Part shown: in pieces, positions 10,020 through 18,851 of the stretch
Layout: each line of letters starts with the position of its first letter
Position numbering within the stretch: position 1 is the first letter of the stretch
From: an uncultured Treponemataceae bacterium
GTDB taxonomy: Bacteria; Spirochaetota; Spirochaetia; Treponematales; UBA12059
Direction: 5' to 3'
Length of the DNA stretch: 56,841 nucleotides
Assembly: GCA_964571545.1 (NCBI GenBank)
Contig: CAZNCK010000001.1
Location: 8,944-65,784 of the forward strand
Program-made: the position numbers and the translations under genes
The notes under the pieces: generated by a model
What the model saw: the letters and a program-made list of their open reading frames with translations, nothing else
Databases searched by the model: none
Told to the model about the DNA's origin: nothing

Positions 10020-11031
10020 CCTGCTCCTCTCGTCGAGCCCGCACGTCTTTACGGGCGTGACGCCGCAGAAACTCATGCTCGCGGTTATCATCGCGCTGGC
10101 GCCGGTCTCGGTGTACGGTGTCGTGCTCTACGGACTGCCCGCGCTTTTCGTCATGCTTGTGTCCGTAGCCACCGCGGTCCTCTCCGAGGCCGGTTTTCGC
10201 GCCCTCACCAAGCAGGATGTCAGGATCGGCGATCTCTCGGCCGTCGTTACAGGCCTGCTCGTCGCGCTGATATCGCCGCCGTCCATACCGCTGTGGATGG
10301 TCGCCTTGGGCTCGTTCGCCGCCATCGTGCTGGCCAAGGAGTTCTTCGGAGGCCTCGGCGCCAATCCGTTCAACCCCGCGCTCATCGGGCGCGCGATACT
10401 GTTGATGAGCTTTCCGGCCGCGATGACCACGTGGCACATACCGTTCAAGGGTCTGTCTGACGCTACGGCCGGAGCCACACCGCTCAATATCGTTAAGATG
10501 GGCGGTTCGATAGCCGACGTCGGCACGGGCTTCATGCAAAACGGCCTTGCCGCCGCGTCCGACTACAGTTCGACGCTGGTGACGCTGTTCGTGGGCAATC
10601 GCGCCGGTTGTATCGGCGAGAGTTCCATCATGCTGATACTGGTCGGCTTCGTGTTCCTGCTTGCCACTCGTGTAATCTCCTTCATCATTCCCGTCGCGAT
10701 GGTCGGTACCGCGTTCCTCGCCTCATGGGCGTTCGGCATGGACCCTGTCTTCGGCACTCTGTCTGGCGGCATCCTGTTCGGCGCCGTATTCATGGCTACT
10801 GATTACTCTTCCAGCCCGCTAACGCCGCTCGGCAAGTTGCTCTTCGGCGCCGGCGCCGGCCTCGTCACCATTATCATACGCAGGTTCGGCGGCTATCCCG
10901 AAGGCGTAACCTACGGAATCCTCCTTATGAACATGCTGTCGCCATTCATGGATAAGCTCCGCGTGAAGAAGTACGGATTCGTGCCGGCTGTTAAGCCTGC
11001 CAAGCCCGCCAGCAAGGGGGCCGGGAAATGA
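10006..11031 (+). CDS. rnfD: Rnf complex subunit D
   Basis: Polytopic membrane protein with LLSSSPH... N-terminus and FMATDYSSSP (FMN-attachment region, NqrB/RnfD family). Overlaps the rnfC stop. Confidence 0.92.
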   Translation: MPANNLLLSSSPHVFTGVTPQKLMLAVIIALAPVSVYGVVLYGLPALFVMLVSVATAVLSEAGFRALTKQDVRIGDLSAVVTGLLVALISPPSIPLWMVALGSFAAIVLAKEFFGGLGANPFNPALIGRAILLMSFPAAMTTWHIPFKGLSDATAGATPLNIVKMGGSIADVGTGFMQNGLAAASDYSSTLVTLFVGNRAGCIGESSIMLILVGFVFLLATRVISFIIPVAMVGTAFLASWAFGMDPVFGTLSGGILFGAVFMATDYSSSPLTPLGKLLFGAGAGLVTIIIRRFGGYPEGVTYGILLMNMLSPFMDKLRVKKYGFVPAVKPAKPASKGAGK

Positions 11032-11633
11032 AAAAAGACATATTAAGGCTTGGCACCTCGTTGGCTTTGTACGCGGTGGCCGCCTGCGTTGCCTTGGCCC
11101 TCGTGTATTCTATCACTGCCCCTACCATAGCCGGGCTTGCCCAACAGCAGCTTGAGGCTTCGCTTACGGATCTTTTCCCCGATGCCGAAAGCTTCGAGGC
11201 TGTCAAGGACGCGCTCCCCTCGGTCGATACCGCAGTCGCGTTCGAAGGCGCCTGGACTGCAAAACGTGGCGCGAATATCCTCGGCGTGGCCATCAAGGCC
11301 AATGGCAAAAGTTACGGAGGCGCGGCCGTCATGCTGGTCGGTATATCGACTGACAAGCGCATATCCGGCGCCCGCATCCTGACGCTGTCAGATACGCCGG
11401 GCCTGGGCGCCAACGCTTTGAGTCCTACGTACTTTGTGGACAAGAGCTCCAAGACGACCTTTCCCGGCCAGTTCAGCGGCAAGCCGGTATCCGACCCCTT
11501 CGAGGTCAAAAATGATGTCACCGCCATTACTGCCAGCACCATCACGAGCAAGGCGCTCACACTCATGGTGAAGCGGTCCGGCGAGGCCGGTTCCGCCTGG
11601 CTCGAAGCCAACGCCGCCGGAGGTGTCAAGTGA
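11028..11633 (+). CDS. rnfG: Rnf complex subunit G
   Basis: N-terminal anchor plus FMN-binding domain (SDTPGLGA...ITASTITSKA). 4-nt overlaps on both sides. Confidence 0.9.
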   Translation: MKKDILRLGTSLALYAVAACVALALVYSITAPTIAGLAQQQLEASLTDLFPDAESFEAVKDALPSVDTAVAFEGAWTAKRGANILGVAIKANGKSYGGAAVMLVGISTDKRISGARILTLSDTPGLGANALSPTYFVDKSSKTTFPGQFSGKPVSDPFEVKNDVTAITASTITSKALTLMVKRSGEAGSAWLEANAAGGVK

Positions 11634-12253
11634 AGCGCTTACTCAACATCCTGCTCAAGGGCATTATCACGGAAAATCCACTCCTGATGCTCATGATAGG
11701 CCTGTGCTCCGCGCTTGCCGTCACCTCGAGCGTCGCGAACGGCATTGGCATGGGACTCGCGATGACCTTTGTCAATGTGTTCGCCGAACTGGTCATCTCG
11801 CTGTTCCGCAAGGCCATACCGAACGACGCGCGCATCCCGATCTTCATCATCGTTATCGCCGCCTTCACGACGATAGTCGACCTCGTGATGAAGGCTTACT
11901 TTCCCGAACTTTCCAAGGCCATGGGTGTCTTCATACCGCTCATCGTGGTAAACTGCATCATCATGGGTCGCGTCGAAGCGTTCGCGTACAAGCAACCGCC
12001 GATCGACGCCATCTTCGACGGAATAGGCATGGGTATCGGCTATACCTGGGTGCTCGTCGGTATCGCGGCGGTTCGTGAACTGCTCGGCGCTGGAACCATA
12101 GCCGGTATCCAGATCATGCCCGAGGCCTTCCAGCCCATACTCTTCTTTACCCTACCGCCCGGAGGGTTCATAGTCTTTGCCCTGTTCATATCGCTGAACA
12201 TCTGGCTCAACAAGGTGCAGAACAACCGCGCCGCCGCCAAGGAGGCCGCATGA
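11630..12253 (+). CDS. rnfE: Rnf complex subunit E
   Basis: ENPLLMLMIGLCSALAVTS...GVFIPLIVVNCIIMGRVEAFA is typical RnfE/NqrD. Confidence 0.92.
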   Translation: MKRLLNILLKGIITENPLLMLMIGLCSALAVTSSVANGIGMGLAMTFVNVFAELVISLFRKAIPNDARIPIFIIVIAAFTTIVDLVMKAYFPELSKAMGVFIPLIVVNCIIMGRVEAFAYKQPPIDAIFDGIGMGIGYTWVLVGIAAVRELLGAGTIAGIQIMPEAFQPILFFTLPPGGFIVFALFISLNIWLNKVQNNRAAAKEAA

Positions 12254-12825
12254 ACCTCGGCACGATATTTCTAGCCTCTCTACTCGTCGAGAACGTTGTT
12301 CTCATGCGCTTCCTGGCCCTGTGCTCATACGTCGGCATGACCTCCGATGTCGGCCAGTCCGTAGGCATGGGCTTCGCCGTGACCTTCGTCACAGTACTCG
12401 CCACCGCAGCCACCTGGCCCATCTACCATTTTATACTCGTCCCCCTCGGGATAGAGTTTCTGCAGATTCTCGTTTTCATACTGGTGATAGCCAGTCTCGT
12501 GCAGCTCGTCGAGTTCTACCTCAAGAAGAACGTTCCGGGCCTGTACGCCGCCATGGGCATTTACCTGCCGCTGATAACGACCAACTGTGCTATTCTGGCC
12601 GTCACGTTTGACAACATCACGAAGAATTACAACCTCATCCAGTCAATCGTGTATGCCGTCGGTGTCTCGGCAGGGTACCTGCTGGCCATGGTACTGCTCG
12701 CTGGAGTCAGGGACCGCATTAAGACTAGCCCGATACCGAAGTTTCTGCAGGGAACGCCGATCCTGTTCGTCGCGACGGGACTCATCACCGTCGCCTTCAT
12801 GGGCTTCGCCGGAATGATTAAGTAG
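12250..12825 (+). CDS. rnfA: Rnf complex subunit A
   Basis: ENVVLMRFLALCSYVG...GIYLPLITTNCAILAV is typical RnfA/NqrE. Confidence 0.92.
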   Translation: MNLGTIFLASLLVENVVLMRFLALCSYVGMTSDVGQSVGMGFAVTFVTVLATAATWPIYHFILVPLGIEFLQILVFILVIASLVQLVEFYLKKNVPGLYAAMGIYLPLITTNCAILAVTFDNITKNYNLIQSIVYAVGVSAGYLLAMVLLAGVRDRIKTSPIPKFLQGTPILFVATGLITVAFMGFAGMIK

Positions 12826-12837
12826 GAGGATCCGAAC

Positions 12838-13680
12838 ATGACTATTGTATTGATTACACTCGGATTCTCGGCCATCCTCGCGTTTTCTCTCGGCGCGGCC
12901 CTGGGCTTCTTCAAAGAGAAGTTCAAGGTGGAACGCGACCCCAAGATAGATGAAGTACGCAACGTACTGCCTAGTTATAACTGTGGTGGCTGCGGATATC
13001 CTGGTTGCGACGGCTATGCCGAAGCCGTGGCCCACGGTGACGCTCCGGTGGCCAAGTGCGCACCCGGCGGCAAGGCTGTCTCGGAAGCGCTTGCTGCCTT
13101 GATGGGCGTCAACGCTTCCGCCGAAGACACAGTCGCCGTGCTCTTGTGTCAGGGCAAGAAAGACGTCGCCCCTGCCAAGGGCCAGTACGTAGGCGTCCCG
13201 ACCTGTCGCGCCGCCAAGCTTTCCACCGGCGGCACCAAGCTCTGCTCGTACGGCTGTATGGGTTTCGGCGACTGCGCCAAGGTCTGCATGTTCGACGCGC
13301 TCCATATGGGAGACGACGGCTTGCCCCACGTCGACTACGAGAAGTGCACAGGCTGTGGTATGTGCATCAAAGAATGCCCCCAACAGATTCTGGGGTCTGT
13401 CCCCCGAGCCAGGTTGGGTTCAGTCGTCGTGTGCTCGAACCGCGCTGTCGTCAAGGCGACCGTGATGAAAAGCTGCAAGGTCGGCTGCATCAAGTGTGAG
13501 GCCTGCGTCCGCGCCTGCCCTGAGCAATGCATCACGATGGTCAACGGTATACCCGTTACGGACTACACTAAGTGTACTTCCTGTGGAATATGTGTACAGA
13601 AGTGCCCGACCAAGTGCTACAAGCTCCTGGAAACGGACATAAGGGGTAAGGTTGTTGTAGCAGAGACCGGTTTAGTCTGA
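12838..13680 (+). CDS. rnfB: Rnf complex subunit B (polyferredoxin)
   Basis: N-terminal anchor, CGGCGYPGCDGYAEA cluster, then several CxxCxxCxxxCP ferredoxin motifs. Good RBS (AGGAGG). Confidence 0.92.
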   Translation: MTIVLITLGFSAILAFSLGAALGFFKEKFKVERDPKIDEVRNVLPSYNCGGCGYPGCDGYAEAVAHGDAPVAKCAPGGKAVSEALAALMGVNASAEDTVAVLLCQGKKDVAPAKGQYVGVPTCRAAKLSTGGTKLCSYGCMGFGDCAKVCMFDALHMGDDGLPHVDYEKCTGCGMCIKECPQQILGSVPRARLGSVVVCSNRAVVKATVMKSCKVGCIKCEACVRACPEQCITMVNGIPVTDYTKCTSCGICVQKCPTKCYKLLETDIRGKVVVAETGLV

Positions 13681-13706
13681 TTTTTCTATTATAGTAAATT
13701 GACATT

Positions 13707-13753
13707 GGGGACAGACCCCCTAAGTTCGCATCGCGAATTTCAGGGTCTGTCCC
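13707..13753. repeat. Inverted pair of the hyper-abundant motif (hairpin-forming), between rnfB and the RayT-like gene
   Basis: GGGGACAGACCCCC (13707-13720), 22-nt spacer, GGGTCTGTCCC (13743-13753). Confidence 0.85.
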
Positions 13754-13790
13754 TTTAATTTAATTTTGTTGTTATAAAACGAAAGCGCAG

Positions 13791-14285
13791 ATGCGTTTTT
13801 CTACGTTCAGTTGTATGCGACAAAAACGCTTATTACTTCCCGGAGCCATGTATCACATAACGATGCGGGTCAACCACCAACAAATGCAGCTGAGGCCTAT
13901 CGCTGTTAAGGAGCTGTATATAAAGGTGGTTGAAGATGCAAAGTTAAAATACAAGTTCAGGATCGAGACTTTCTGTATCATGGATAATCATGTGCATTTC
14001 ATTATCCAGCCTGATATTGACGAGAGTATTTCTAGGATCATGCAATGGATAAACGGGGTATTTGCCATGAGGTACAACCGGTTGATGTCTATCGGGGGCA
14101 GTTTCTGGGGTGAACGTTTCTACTCTAGAATACTCCAACGGTTGAAAGATTACCTCAGAACGCTTGAATATATAGAAGAGAATCCTGTCAGGGCTAATCT
14201 TGTTTACTGTGCGGTAGACTGGTTATTCGGTGGTGCGAGGCACAGGGCGGATGGGTGTGAAAGTATCTTGGATTTTTCGGGCTAA
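13791..14285 (+). CDS. IS200/IS605-type Y1 (HUH) transposase-like protein, RayT-like, solitary
   Basis: HUH motif FCIMDNHVHFIIQP and catalytic Tyr region GERFYSRIL, then ...YIEENPVRANL. No obvious IS ends and no tnpB partner. Local AT-rich DNA. Confidence 0.8.
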   Translation: MRFSTFSCMRQKRLLLPGAMYHITMRVNHQQMQLRPIAVKELYIKVVEDAKLKYKFRIETFCIMDNHVHFIIQPDIDESISRIMQWINGVFAMRYNRLMSIGGSFWGERFYSRILQRLKDYLRTLEYIEENPVRANLVYCAVDWLFGGARHRADGCESILDFSG

Positions 14286-14309
14286 TGCGTCTACCACATC
14301 AGCAAATAG

Positions 14310-14338
14310 TTGACACCTTTGCATTGAATACGTATACT
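14310..14338 (+). promoter_or_regulatory. Strong sigma70-type promoter
   Basis: TTGACA (14310-14315), 17-nt spacer, TATACT (14333-14338). Confidence 0.55.
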
Positions 14339-14344
14339 TAAGTT

Positions 14345-14503
14345 AAGCGGTTTTTTATAGATCGTTTTTCCGGAACAATTTTTGTTCCGCCCAATTTCAG
14401 TCCATCTTTTAGAACGGGTTAATCCCGCTCTTATAGATGGGCCAGCGCGAGTTTCGCAACTTTGCGCTTTTTATCATATCGTCGCTTCGGCGACTTTTTT
14501 TTT
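14345..14503 (+). ncRNA. Candidate small RNA or tRNA leader (promoter to hairpin/T-run)
   Basis: ~160 nt with no credible ORF, between the promoter and the hairpin GTCGCTTCGGCGAC + T9 (14481-14503). Internal hairpin GGAACAATTTTTGTTCC. Confidence 0.25.
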
Positions 14504-14574
14504 GCGACCGTCGTATAACGGTATTACCCGAGCTTCCCAAGCTCGTGACGCGGGTTCGACTCCCGTCGGTCGCT
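14504..14574 (+). tRNA. tRNA-Gly (anticodon CCC)
   Basis: Manual cloverleaf: acceptor GCGACCG/CGGTCGC, anticodon stem CGAGC/GCTCG with loop TTCCCAA, T-arm GCGGG-TTCGACT-CCCGT, discriminator T. 71 nt, CCA not encoded. Confidence 0.9.
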
Positions 14575-14581
14575 AGCACGT

Positions 14582-14605
14582 AGCCCGCCGAATGGCGGGC
14601 TTTTA
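14582..14605 (+). terminator. Rho-independent terminator after tRNA-Gly
   Basis: AGCCCGCC-GAAT-GGCGGGCT followed by TTTTAT. Confidence 0.7.
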
Positions 14606-14644
14606 TATGTAGGAGCAATTTTGAGGGTCTGTCCCTTTATTGGA

Positions 14645-14938
14645 TTATTCGACAGAAAAACTGGGGTATTTGCCTTTGGGTATACGCTCAGAAATATCAA
14701 GAGAATCGACACGGGCTCCGGGGGGGCCGTGGTTAAGCCACTGGACGTAGCGGTCGACTGCCGCATTGGTTCCTTCGGCATAAGTCTCGACGCCACCGTC
14801 GGGAAGGTTGGTGATCCAGCCAAGGATACCGAGTGATCTGGCGACGGAGCGGGCATCATACCTGAAACCTACACCCTGTACGCGGCCCCGTATCAAGGCC
14901 AGAACAGCCTTTTGGTGAGATTCCTTAAGCTCCGGCAT
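14645..14938 (-). CDS. acyP: Acylphosphatase
   Basis: VLALIRGRVQGVGFRYDARSVARSLGILGWITNLPDGGVE carries the acylphosphatase signatures. Start MPELKES at 14938 overlaps the upstream receiver-gene stop by 14 nt. Confidence 0.85.
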   Translation of the reverse strand: MPELKESHQKAVLALIRGRVQGVGFRYDARSVARSLGILGWITNLPDGGVETYAEGTNAAVDRYVQWLNHGPPGARVDSLDISERIPKGKYPSFSVE

Positions 14939-15302
14939 CTTCTTTTTTTCCGGACAAGATATTCCTGACCTTGAGTTCCAGTTCGGAATAATCGAATGGT
15001 TTGTAGACAACCTCGTACGGAATGTCGAAATCGGGACGAAGGAAGCCGGAGGTGATGATGACTTCCTTTTCAGGACAGTACTTCCTGAGGAACTTTATCC
15101 AGTAATCACCGCCGAGGATGTCCATGCGGTAATCGGTCAGGATGATGTCGATGTTGTAGTCCAGGAGGAGCTTGATGGCGCCTACGCCGTCCGAGGCGAC
15201 GAGCACCTCATAGCCTTTACGCCTGAGATAATCGCGTAATGTGAGCCTAATGGCATCTTCATCCTCGACTATGAGGATGATTTTTTCATTTTTAACTTCC
15301 AT
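14925..15302 (-). CDS. Single-domain response regulator (CheY-like receiver)
   Basis: KIILIVEDEDAIRL...DIILTDYRMD...VIITSGF...YKPF has the receiver-domain acidic pocket, phospho-acceptor Asp and conserved T/S and K. Confidence 0.85.
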   Translation of the reverse strand: MEVKNEKIILIVEDEDAIRLTLRDYLRRKGYEVLVASDGVGAIKLLLDYNIDIILTDYRMDILGGDYWIKFLRKYCPEKEVIITSGFLRPDFDIPYEVVYKPFDYSELELKVRNILSGKKEDAGA

Positions 15303-15304
15303 AG

Positions 15305-15913
15305 TTAGCGGACCTTTCCTGCAAAATCAGCCATAATCGAGCCAAGAAGATCGAAATCCAGAGGTTTGGGCAGGAACGCGTCGGAACCGGCCTGCAGAGA
15401 ACTCTCCTTGGTACCGGGCATGTCGAGCCCCGTGATAGTTATCACGAAGGGTTTGCCGAACACGGGCTCGGTCTTGATGCGCTTGCATATTTGATTACCG
15501 TCCAGGCCCGGCAGGTCAATATCAAGGATGACGAATCCAGGTCGCTTCTCGGTCAAGAGTGCTCCGGCTTCGAAGCCGTCGTACGCTTGGAAGATAGTGA
15601 ATGATATTTCGTTTTTTTCGAAAAAAGTTTTGATGATATCATTGAGAACCTTGTCGTCGTCGATAATGGCGAGGCTAGTCCAGTCGACATCAGTTTTGCT
15701 TCCGCCTTCGAGTTCCGCTGGTATCCGCATGTGGCGCTGTTCCAGGAAGGCGACGAGATCTTCAAGATATACCCGGTATTGTCCCCCGGGTGTCATGAAG
15801 GCCTTGAGATATCCGTTCCTGATCCAGTTGATTGCAGTCTGGTTGACGACGCCGCACAGATTGGCTACTTCAAGCGCAGAGAAGATTCTGATTTTACGGG
15901 GCGATTTTGCCAT
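15305..15913 (-). CDS. Excisionase/MerR-type HTH fused N-terminally to a receiver domain
   Basis: Start MAKSPRK, RBS GGTGGAG. IFSALEVANLCGVVNQTAINWIRNGYLKAFMTPGGQYRV is an excisionase-family HTH. Then LAIIDDD...FVILDIDLPGLDG...VITITG...LPKP is a receiver. Confidence 0.75.
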   Translation of the reverse strand: MAKSPRKIRIFSALEVANLCGVVNQTAINWIRNGYLKAFMTPGGQYRVYLEDLVAFLEQRHMRIPAELEGGSKTDVDWTSLAIIDDDKVLNDIIKTFFEKNEISFTIFQAYDGFEAGALLTEKRPGFVILDIDLPGLDGNQICKRIKTEPVFGKPFVITITGLDMPGTKESSLQAGSDAFLPKPLDFDLLGSIMADFAGKVR

Positions 15914-16205
15914 TGCTCCACCTTCTTCTTGAGAGAGAAGAATAACATTGAAATAATAAGCAGAGTAAGATTGAATTGTAGTTAAAATATCCATAATGTC
16001 AATAAAAAGTCAAAGAGTTCTGCGAATTTACCGATAATTGTGATGTTCCTTTCAAAAGGGACAGACCCCGAAGGGATTGTTGCCATCATATTATATACGT
16101 TGACCAAAGTATACGGAAAGTCTATAATCCGGCGGCTATAGTTACGAGAAAAGCTCTCGGACGGTGTTTACCGTCCGTGGGGATATATTCCGAGGAGACA
16201 TCGTC

Positions 16206-16361
16206 ATGAAGCGAACGTATCAGCCCAGCAGGACCCGCCGTGTCAGGAAATTCGGATTCAGGGCCCGCATGAAGACTAAGGGCGGTCAGGCCGTCCTGAA
16301 AAGGCGCCGCGCCAAGGGGCGCATCAAGCTCAGCACATCCGACGAGAAGAAGAAGTACTGA
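16206..16361 (+). CDS. rpmH: 50S ribosomal protein L34
   Basis: [39 protein letters not shown]; RBS GAGGAG. Confidence 0.95.
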   Translation: MKRTYQPSRTRRVRKFGFRARMKTKGGQAVLKRRRAKGRIKLSTSDEKKKY

Positions 16362-16366
16362 TTTCC

Positions 16367-16732
16367 GTGTCGGACGACGAGCGGGGCGCATCAGGTTTCC
16401 GTTTTCGGAAATCTGAGCGTATCCGTACGCGACGCGACATATCTAGGGTGTTCGACGAAGGGGTCCGTTGGTCCGGCAGAGGGCTACGCCTGAACGTCAG
16501 GCCTAACGGCGGCGCGGAAACCCGCGCCGTTTTCGTTACCGTGCGCAAGTATGGCAATGCCGTAGCCAGGAACAAGGCGCGAAGAGTCGTGTCCGAGTGT
16601 TGGCGCCTGATGAAACCATCGATCGTACCCGGTATGGACGTTGTCGTTGTCATTTTCCCCGGCGATGATCGCTTTGAGCTCCGCAACGGCCAGCTCGAAG
16701 CGGTGCTGCGTCGAGCTTCGCTGGCGGTATAG
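16367..16732 (+). CDS. rnpA: RNase P protein component
   Basis: [19 protein letters not shown]...[15 protein letters not shown]; position after rpmH; GTG start. Confidence 0.88.
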   Translation: MSDDERGASGFRFRKSERIRTRRDISRVFDEGVRWSGRGLRLNVRPNGGAETRAVFVTVRKYGNAVARNKARRVVSECWRLMKPSIVPGMDVVVVIFPGDDRFELRNGQLEAVLRRASLAV

Positions 16733-16736
16733 ATCA

Positions 16737-16958
16737 ATGAACCGGATCTTCTCGGTCGTAGTGCAAGCACCGATTCGATTTTACCGGGTAGCTCTGTCCC
16801 CGCTCAAGCCTCGTTCGTGCCGCTATCATCCCACCTGTTCTGCCTATGCGCTCGAGGCCATCGAGCGGCACGGTGCCGTGCGAGGCACAGCCATGGCTAT
16901 GAAGAGAATCCTGCGCTGTAATCCATTTCATCCGGGAGGTTTCGATCCGGTCCTATGA
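16737..16958 (+). CDS. yidD: Membrane protein insertion efficiency factor YidD
   Basis: [34 protein letters not shown]...[16 protein letters not shown]. Confidence 0.92.
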   Translation: MNRIFSVVVQAPIRFYRVALSPLKPRSCRYHPTCSAYALEAIERHGAVRGTAMAMKRILRCNPFHPGGFDPVL

Positions 16959-18820
16959 GCATAAACAACGACGACAACAACAAGGCGTTTGACGCCAAGA
17001 CGATGATTGCCATTGTACTGATGGTGGTTGTCATAACGGTCGGCATGGCCGTCCAGAACTACTTCTTTCCGAAGCCCGGCCTGCCGGTTGAATCCCAGTC
17101 CACCCAAGCTCCGGCCGCGACACAGGCACAACCTGCAACGGTAGCCCAGGTTGGTTCAACAACGGGCAACTTGTCGGCTTTGGCTCTCGCCGAAACACTC
17201 GATGCGCCCGTGAGTGAGGCCACGTATGTGCTGAACACCGGCCTGTTCAAGGCTCAGTTCTCCAACAAAGGCGGCGAACTTGTGTCCCTGAAGCTCAAGG
17301 AGCACAAGGAAAAGGGCGAACCAGTCGAACTGCTTCTCGCTAAGGGCGGCAGAGTAGAAGGATTCTCCCTTGCTTTTGGTGGCGCGGGGTCTGTCCCTCT
17401 GGAGGCCCTCTTTACAACGACCCAGCCCGCACCCGGCGTTATCGTGTTCTCGCGATCGTTTCTGGCTCCGAATGCTTCCGGCGTTCAGGTACCGTTCACA
17501 CTGAGCAAGCGCTACGAGTTCCATGAAGGCGACTACATGTTCCGCCTTTCGGTGACCGTAGAGAGTTCCGACGGGTCTGTCCCCAGGATGGGCAACGGTG
17601 AGTACGCCTACACGCTCAAGCTCGGTCCCCAGATCGGACCGAGCTACGATGATCTACCCAAGAACGCCGATTTCCGCAAGATCGTCACGTACGAAAACGA
17701 CAAGCGCAAAGTGATCAAAGCCGGCACGCAGTCAGTTCCGTCGAGCAAAGCGACATGGGCGGCTATCGCCGGCAAGTATTTCGCGATCGTCGTGCTACCC
17801 GATGCCACGTCTTATTCGGCCACGTATACGAACCTCATGGTGGATGGCAAGCCTGCGACCGCCTCCATAGCGTTCAGCCGCCCTGTCCTAGGAGCAAGCA
17901 CCCAGACCGATGTCTTCCATATATATGCCGGCCCGAAGCAGGCTGCTGAGCTGGCACGGTACGACGACGTCACCGCCAACGCTTTCAAGCGCTCCGGTGA
18001 CGACCTTGAGGGTATCCTGGAAGGCAACAATATCCTGGGTTGGCTGGAAACGGCCCTCAAGTGGAGCCTCAACTTCTTCCAGAAGTACGTCAACAACTAC
18101 GGCATAGCGATCATACTCGTGACGATACTGGTCCGCGTGATCATGTTCCCTCTGACGTTCAAGGGTAGCCAATCCACCGCCAGGATGGCAGAACTGCAGC
18201 CCAGAATCAAGGAACTCCAAGACAAGTATAAGGGCAATCCCCAGAAACTCAACGCGGAGATGGCCGAGTTCTACAAGAAGGAAGGCTACAACCCGCTGTC
18301 GGGTTGCGCGCCGATGCTCATCCAGTTCCCGATATTCATCGCCATGTACTCGCTGTTTAACAATCACTTCGATCTGCGCGGCGCGTCGTTCATAGCCGGC
18401 TGGATCAACGACTTGTCACTGCCGGAGTCGGTGTATGACTTCAATACGATCAACCTGGTCATTTGGAGGGTCTCGGCCATCCGCATCCTACCAGTGATCT
18501 ACGTTCTCAGCCAGTTGGCCTACGGGCGCTTCATGCAACAACCGACGAGCGGCGGCCAGAGCGCCGGGCAGATGAAGTTCATGATGTACGGTATGCCAAT
18601 CATGTTCTTCTTCATCCTGTACGATGTGCCCTCTGGCTTACTCGTGTACTGGATCGCGTCCAACGTTCTGACAACACTTCAGCAGTTGGTTATTAATAGG
18701 GTTATCCACAAGAAGCGACTCGCCACTGCGGCGGCCGCTCCTGCGCCGTCGCCGGCAGCCAGATCCAAGATCGTTCCGATAAAGAACGGCAAGGGCGGCG
18801 GCAAGAAGGGGCGCGGCTAA
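16955..18820 (+). CDS. yidC: Membrane protein insertase YidC
   Basis: 621 aa. N-terminal TM, large periplasmic domain, C-terminal 60-kDa IMP core ([21 protein letters not shown]...[16 protein letters not shown]...YWIASNVLT). Basic tail. Confidence 0.93.
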   Translation: MSINNDDNNKAFDAKTMIAIVLMVVVITVGMAVQNYFFPKPGLPVESQSTQAPAATQAQPATVAQVGSTTGNLSALALAETLDAPVSEATYVLNTGLFKAQFSNKGGELVSLKLKEHKEKGEPVELLLAKGGRVEGFSLAFGGAGSVPLEALFTTTQPAPGVIVFSRSFLAPNASGVQVPFTLSKRYEFHEGDYMFRLSVTVESSDGSVPRMGNGEYAYTLKLGPQIGPSYDDLPKNADFRKIVTYENDKRKVIKAGTQSVPSSKATWAAIAGKYFAIVVLPDATSYSATYTNLMVDGKPATASIAFSRPVLGASTQTDVFHIYAGPKQAAELARYDDVTANAFKRSGDDLEGILEGNNILGWLETALKWSLNFFQKYVNNYGIAIILVTILVRVIMFPLTFKGSQSTARMAELQPRIKELQDKYKGNPQKLNAEMAEFYKKEGYNPLSGCAPMLIQFPIFIAMYSLFNNHFDLRGASFIAGWINDLSLPESVYDFNTINLVIWRVSAIRILPVIYVLSQLAYGRFMQQPTSGGQSAGQMKFMMYGMPIMFFFILYDVPSGLLVYWIASNVLTTLQQLVINRVIHKKRLATAAAAPAPSPAARSKIVPIKNGKGGGKKGRG

Positions 18821-18851
18821 AACGAACACTTCTCTCTGATAGGAGACCTAT

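Noticed and set aside
14382-14576. 64-aa ORF upstream of and through tRNA-Gly
   Set aside because: It reads straight through the tRNA gene and a terminator-like hairpin, so it is not credible as coding.
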